Source: a virus | Taxonomy: Duplodnaviria > Caudoviricetes | DNA length: 36,381 nucleotides | Virus record (IMG/VR): IMGVR_UViG_3300032116_000646 | Coordinates: 1-36,381 of that record | Strand: one strand, 5' to 3' | Shown here: positions 32,830 to 36,381 of the stretch, one piece after another | Layout of the letters: each line of letters begins with the position of its first letter | Numbering within the stretch: position 1 is the stretch's first letter | The notes under the pieces: model-generated | Told to the model about the DNA's origin: nothing | The model's input: only the letters and a program-made list of their open reading frames with translations | Databases searched by the model: none | Position numbers and translations under genes: made by a program

Positions 32830-33732
32830 TTAGCCTGGGCCAGCCGTCGGATCGCACTCGATGTAGCCCACGCGGGCCTCTTCCATGCGCGTCGCACCAA
32901 TGGTCATCGAGAGAAACACCTGCGTCGCATAGTTTTTGTCCGCGCGCTCGCTGATGCGCGAAGAGATGTCCTTGCCGACGCCAAGCAGCATGCCGCCCTT
33001 GGCCCAGAACAGGCACTTGTGGTCGGAGTTGGTATCCGTCCCGATGCGCTCCGTCACCACGATGTTGAAGCCGGCGAACTGCGCGACCTGGCCATTCACC
33101 AACGGCTTGATCGAATTGTAATCGTGGCTCGATACGCGGGTGTCCATCAGCAGCGACTTGACCTGTGCCGCGTTGATGACGCACCAGCACTCATCGTCCG
33201 GGTCGACGTTGCCGGCCGAAAGAAGCTTTTTGGCTTCCAGCAGCTTGGCCACGTTAAGCCCGAGATCCGCGCCGGACACGCCCGGCCAACGGGTCTGAAC
33301 GTCAACGATCATATTGGTATCAAACGCCGTCGACGTGCCGCCATCGACGCCCGTGTAGGCCGTGCCGTCGGCGGCTGCGATGATCGCGTCATCCATGGCG
33401 CGTCCCATGGCCATCGCACCAGCCTCGGCATACTGCGAGGTTGGGTCGATGAGCATGCGGATCTGGTCCTCGCCGTCGATCAGGTCGGCCCAGTCGTAGT
33501 CACTGAGCGACACGCGGCGACGGGTGTGCGGGGTGTCCATGCGCGGCGTGTCGGCATGCCGAGACGTGCGCAGGCGGGCCGAGACCGCACCCAACTGCTC
33601 GAAATATGCGTTTTTGCCGTTGACGGTTTCGGTTCGCACCGCCTTGCGCAGCTTCGAACCTTTCTGCTGGCTAAGGTGGTAAACTGTGGAACGATACTGT
33701 TCCACCATAGACGTGGTGATTTGGATCGACAT
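32830..33732 (-). CDS. Major capsid protein (300 aa)
   Basis: VEQY...LSQQKGSKLR, DTPHTRRRV, DPTSQY...AMGRAMDDAII, SHDYN..KPLVNG..FAGF, GATRMEE. AGGAGG SD. Confidence 0.93.
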   Translation of the reverse strand: MSIQITTSMVEQYRSTVYHLSQQKGSKLRKAVRTETVNGKNAYFEQLGAVSARLRTSRHADTPRMDTPHTRRRVSLSDYDWADLIDGEDQIRMLIDPTSQYAEAGAMAMGRAMDDAIIAAADGTAYTGVDGGTSTAFDTNMIVDVQTRWPGVSGADLGLNVAKLLEAKKLLSAGNVDPDDECWCVINAAQVKSLLMDTRVSSHDYNSIKPLVNGQVAQFAGFNIVVTERIGTDTNSDHKCLFWAKGGMLLGVGKDISSRISERADKNYATQVFLSMTIGATRMEEARVGYIECDPTAGPG

Positions 33733-33744
33733 GGCGTCGAGCCT

Positions 33745-33890
33745 CCTATCAAAATGTTGAGATAAGGGGGTGTCGTCCGCTCAGTCGGGTATCGGCTCGA
33801 AGGCCGGCCGTCCGCGTGACAGGGTACGCTTCAGACGCTACGGAACTGCGTCAGGATGCCGGGCCGCCAACGGGCGGGTTGTCCGGGCTT
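33745..33890 (-). promoter_or_regulatory. Structured leader of the capsid gene
   Basis: Hairpins at 33886-33859, 33852-33834, 33829-33814 and 33810-33786. Two contain C/AYAM-type asymmetric loops. Confidence 0.5.
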
Positions 33891-34030
33891 TTACGCGGCC
33901 GGCCGGGGCCTCTGCGCAGGGGCTCGATGGCGTGTCCTGCGGCCTCCGGGGGCTGCGTCGTCTGCGGTGCCGGCGTGGGACGATCGATCCACACGCCATT
34001 GGCCCGCGCTAGGCGCTCGATCTCCGTCAC
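33851..34030 (-). CDS. 59-aa Pro-rich microprotein with AT-hook-like RRGPGRPRK
   Basis: GTG (34030-34028) overlaps the scaffold TGA (GTGA). Hand translation MTEIERLARANGVWIDRPTPAPQTTQPPEAAGHAIEPLRRGPGRPRKSPDNPPVGGPAS*. Confidence 0.5.
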   Translation of the reverse strand: MTEIERLARANGVWIDRPTPAPQTTQPPEAAGHAIEPLRRGPGRPRKSPDNPPVGGPAS

Positions 34031-34914
34031 GTCGCCGCATCCGGGTAACGAGCGTCAAACAGTTTCTTGCGTTCGTTCACGGCCCACTCGTGCTGTGGGT
34101 GCGCCTTGTCGAACAAGGCCGCCGTGTTTTTGCGCATGAACTCAGCAATCGATCGATCGAGATCGGCATGGTTCGGGGCCTGCGGTGCAGTGCCCTTCAA
34201 ACGGGTCTCACCAAGCCGCTCCTCACCGATCTTGACCCAGGCGCGAATGGTGCGCGGGTCGTTGCCCAAACCGGTTTCATCGAGATATTTGATGTAATCG
34301 GGATCGGCAAACTGCGCTAACGCGGCCTTGGCCAGTTGCACCTTGGCGTCGTAGCGACTGCCGTATTCCCGTTGCAGAGCGTGCTGCGCCTGGACCTTGC
34401 TTTCTTCCTGAAGCTTCTGCCAATTGTTGTGCGCCTCGATCCGCGACTTTACATAGGAGTCATAGAGGTTCTTGGTCTGGCGCTTGTTCAAGCCGTTCTG
34501 GTGCGCCCATGTGCGGAACGCCTTCTCGCCATCCTCGTCATATTCGATCGGCAGATTGGACGGGCGCTCGATCTCATAGTCATCCGGCTTTTCCGGGCGG
34601 CCTGTTGCCGCGTACCAGCGTTGCCAGCCTTCTTCATCGTCGTCGCCGGCAGGCACCGGCACTTTCTCGCGCCCCAGCAACTTTTCGAGGGATTGGTAGC
34701 TTCTACCCATGTCCTCGATCTTGGCCGTTTTCCGTTCCGCGTCCCAGAACTTAGTCGGGATATACTCGGGCGGCCCATCCTGGACCGCTTGAACCGTTGC
34801 CGCCGCACTTCCCGGCGGAGGCGCGGTGCCACCAGCGTCGGCCGGGTTGCCGCCTTGCCCCGCGCCTGGCTCAACGCCAGCCGTCAGGATAGACGACCCT
34901 GCATCCAAACTCAT
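34027..34914 (-). CDS. Capsid scaffolding protein (295 aa)
   Basis: PEYIPTKFW...SYQSLEKLLG...GRPEKPDDY...GLNKRQ...LQREYG...GLGNDP. Upstream of the capsid gene. Confidence 0.88.
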   Translation of the reverse strand: MSLDAGSSILTAGVEPGAGQGGNPADAGGTAPPPGSAAATVQAVQDGPPEYIPTKFWDAERKTAKIEDMGRSYQSLEKLLGREKVPVPAGDDDEEGWQRWYAATGRPEKPDDYEIERPSNLPIEYDEDGEKAFRTWAHQNGLNKRQTKNLYDSYVKSRIEAHNNWQKLQEESKVQAQHALQREYGSRYDAKVQLAKAALAQFADPDYIKYLDETGLGNDPRTIRAWVKIGEERLGETRLKGTAPQAPNHADLDRSIAEFMRKNTAALFDKAHPQHEWAVNERKKLFDARYPDAAT

Positions 34915-34924
34915 GCAATCCTCA

Positions 34925-35191
34925 TCATCGTATCAGGCGATCAACGAGGTCGATATCCTCGGTCGCGGTTTCAGCAAAGCGCTCGGGCTTGAGCGCCAGC
35001 AATTGCGCAATACGCAGCGCAACATTCCGTTCGCCGTTGGCCGTGGCGATCTCGATGGGATCGCGGCCCTGGATCGGCGAATAGACGTGAAACTCGGCAA
35101 ACAAATTGGCGATGGCCATGCGGCCTTCGGGGGTCGCGTAAATTGATTTCCACGCGGCCGACAACGCGCCTTGCGCGGGCTTTCGTGCCAT
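34925..35191 (-). CDS. Bbp19-like small conserved protein (88 aa)
   Basis: YATPEGRMAIANL...TANGERNVALRI, between portal and scaffold. Confidence 0.75.
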   Translation of the reverse strand: MARKPAQGALSAAWKSIYATPEGRMAIANLFAEFHVYSPIQGRDPIEIATANGERNVALRIAQLLALKPERFAETATEDIDLVDRLIR

Positions 35192-36381
35192 TACAGCGCC
35201 GCCGGTTCTGGCATTTCACCTTGAGCCAGTTGGCTCATCTCGTAGCGGGCGCGCGGGTTTTCCTGGGCTTCACCGGCAAACTGCGAGATCAGCGCAGCCA
35301 GGTTGCCGCCCTTCTCAGCGCCAGCACTCAGATCCTTGATGCCACGCGCGCCGGTCGCCATGATGTTGGCCGCAGGCCCAGCCACAGCCAACTGCTGCTG
35401 CATCTGCTCCATTTGCGCGCCCTGCTCCATCGCTTCTTCATCGCGCAGCAAATCGGGATCGTTGTTAAAGAGATCCCACAGCCACGAGACCAGGGCATCC
35501 ACGTCGACGCGCTTCTGGACGATCTGCGCCATGACCTCGGGGCCAAAGGCTGACAGCACTTGGAAGGTCTGCATGATGCCGCTGATCGCCTGCTGCTTCT
35601 GCGCGGTGGCGATCGGCGACACATACTCAACCGTGAAATCCAAGCCCTGGATTTCCTTCGGGGCCGGCGGCAACTCGCCAAGCCTGGACAAAATTCCAAA
35701 GACGCGATCCACCAGCGGCCCAAGCATTTCGCTTTCGAGGCGTCCAATCAGCGGACCAAACAACCGCATCTGCTCAGCCGTGCGCTGCATCACCTCGGTG
35801 GCCGTCATGTTGGCGCGGTCGGTCATCCTCATGATGTCCGCAAAAAACGTGCGCAGGATGCGCTCGCGCAGGGCAAGCTGATCCTCCATCATCGCCTGGA
35901 TGCCTTGCAGGCTGACCGGCATCTGGAACACGCTGTCGGACGGGTTGCCTCTAAAGTACATCAGACCGCCCGGCACGGTGCGCGCCTGGCCAATCAGGCT
36001 GTCGTCGCGAATGCCCATCGGCGGGTCGGCGGCTTTTTGCAGGAGCTTGATCTTGGTCAACTCCATGGCCTGCAGCATCTTGATGTCGGGCAGCGCCGTC
36101 ATAGCTGGCGAACGGCCATAGACCTCGCCACCGTAGCGCGACCAGCGCGGCACCAGATACGGGAACTCGGGAAAGCCGCTTTCTTCCAGCAGGTGGCACG
36201 TCTCGTGCTCGAAATAGATCGAGGCGAACGGCATGTTTTTCGGATTCTTCTTGCCGTATTCGCGCTCGTCATCCTCGCGCGGATGCACGCAATGGATGAC
36301 CTTCACCGTCTCGTCATAGAGCTTGTCCTGGTACTTTTTTCGAACTTCGTCCGAGACTTTCCAGACGCCTTTGCGCTCCAT
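35191..36381 (-). CDS. Portal (head-to-tail connector) protein, 5'-truncated by the window edge
   Basis: ESGFPEFPY.VPRW...EVYGRSPAM.ALPD, MTATEV.QR.E....GP..GRL..E.L.PL, VEYVSP. The frame runs to the window end. Confidence 0.93.
   Translation of the reverse strand: MERKGVWKVSDEVRKKYQDKLYDETVKVIHCVHPREDDEREYGKKNPKNMPFASIYFEHETCHLLEESGFPEFPYLVPRWSRYGGEVYGRSPAMTALPDIKMLQAMELTKIKLLQKAADPPMGIRDDSLIGQARTVPGGLMYFRGNPSDSVFQMPVSLQGIQAMMEDQLALRERILRTFFADIMRMTDRANMTATEVMQRTAEQMRLFGPLIGRLESEMLGPLVDRVFGILSRLGELPPAPKEIQGLDFTVEYVSPIATAQKQQAISGIMQTFQVLSAFGPEVMAQIVQKRVDVDALVSWLWDLFNNDPDLLRDEEAMEQGAQMEQMQQQLAVAGPAANIMATGARGIKDLSAGAEKGGNLAALISQFAGEAQENPRARYEMSQLAQGEMPEPAAL

Noticed and set aside
32795-33190. 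T7 10A/10B-type capsid frameshift extension
   Set aside because: No slippery heptamer seen near the capsid 3' end, the alternative frame stops at 32795 without joining the cement gene, and the cement gene has its own SD.
36379-36381. ATG at the window edge as the true portal start
   Set aside because: The expected N-terminal portal region is missing, so this is most likely an internal Met.
1-36381. tRNA/rRNA genes, phage RNA polymerase, terminase, integrase
   Set aside because: None recognisable in this window, so family-level taxonomy and lifestyle cannot be fixed from it.

Overview
GC-rich segment of a podovirus-type phage or prophage with T7/BPP-1/epsilon15-like virion genes. The spanin pair indicates a Gram-negative host; Alphaproteobacteria is my inference from protein style. 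From right to left on the minus strand it carries portal (5'-truncated), Bbp19-like protein, scaffold, major capsid and cement. An inserted block follows (SAM methyltransferase, GT-A glycosyltransferase, two Thr/Ser/Gly-rich proteins, a fibre-like protein, a transglutaminase-like Cys-His-Asp protein). Next come adaptor, nozzle and three ejection proteins: one carries SLT and M15 peptidase domains, one is a 2672-aa polyvalent protein with zincin and ART cargo. A second inserted block of repeat-rich proteins lies between two diverged ~130-bp repeats, followed by tail fibre, fibre chaperone and the lysis cassette. Two HNH endonuclease genes are inserted antisense. The first ~3.9 kb holds small accessory genes (Xis-like, RHH, GIY-YIG, Zn-finger, DUF805) and a ~250-nt structured non-coding element. 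The best candidates for undescribed biology are: (1) a capsid-coupled glycosylation/methylation/cross-linking cassette, (2) a repeated promoter-plus-structured-leader element whose C/AYAM internal-loop hairpin recurs in the capsid leader, (3) the 983-1231 structured element, and (4) the modular, possibly self-processing ejected polyprotein. All family assignments come from motif recognition by eye; no database searches or folding programs were run.
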